Of a stretch of DNA of 43,071 bases, positions 42,958-43,071 are shown piece after piece. Each line of letters starts with the position of its first letter. The first letter of the stretch is position 1. The position numbers and the translations under genes were made by a program. The notes below the pieces were generated by a model, which saw nothing but the letters and a program-made list of their open reading frames with translations, was not told where the DNA came from and did no database searches. The stretch covers positions 64,001 to 107,071 of the IMG/VR virus record IMGVR_UViG_3300014489_000001. One strand, given 5' to 3'. The DNA comes from a virus (lineage: Duplodnaviria > Heunggongvirae > Uroviricota > Caudoviricetes).

Positions 42958-43071
42958 CGCCTGGCGTTCGGCCCCGCCTGCCAGGAGTCTACCGCCTGGC
43001 GTTCGGCCCCGCCTGCCAGGAGTCTACCGCCTGGCGTTCGGCCCCGCCTGCCAGGAGTCTACCGCCTGGCG
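42958..43071. repeat. Perfect 35-bp tandem repeat, at least 3.25 copies, truncated by the window end
   Basis: Unit CGCCTGGCGTTCGGCCCCGCCTGCCAGGAGTCTAC at 42958, 42993 and 43028, with a partial copy at 43063; no spacers. Confidence 0.95.

Noticed and set aside
42958-43071. CRISPR array
   Set aside because: Repeat units are contiguous with no unique spacers, and no cas genes are visible
1-43071. Stop-codon reassignment (prompted by the TTA-loop tRNA)
   Set aside because: Long genes are intact under code 11, and TAA/TGA stops form tight start-stop overlaps

Overview
Late (morphogenesis) region of a tailed dsDNA phage, probably siphovirus-like: it has a tail tube, tail assembly chaperones and a tape measure protein, and no sheath gene is visible. 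One long minus-strand gene run spans about 41616 to 1808. In transcription order it holds an accessory block (secreted proteins, papain-like protease, two metallophosphoesterases, trypsin/HtrA-like protease, GT2 glycosyltransferase), then TerS candidate, gpA-type TerL, a fibre block, portal, scaffold, P22-like major capsid, tRNA-Met, a second fibre block, neck genes, tail tube, chaperones, TMP, tail tip and an S53 sedolisin-like protease. The left end carries a plus-strand tRNA cluster and two identically built sigma70 promoter cassettes. The right end has a repeat-rich non-coding region, two small plus-strand genes and a perfect 35-bp tandem repeat that runs off the window. The strongest unexplained signal is a shared N-terminal leader, consensus (F/Y)(L/M)(N/S)(G/A)xxxxT(F/Y/W)C, on major capsid, scaffold, tail tube and an orphan 74-aa protein, with a one-residue-shorter variant on a decoration-like protein. 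It suggests a common processing or targeting tag. All family assignments come from motif recognition by eye, not database searches. The host is unknown; the style of the secreted proteins hints weakly at Planctomycetota.
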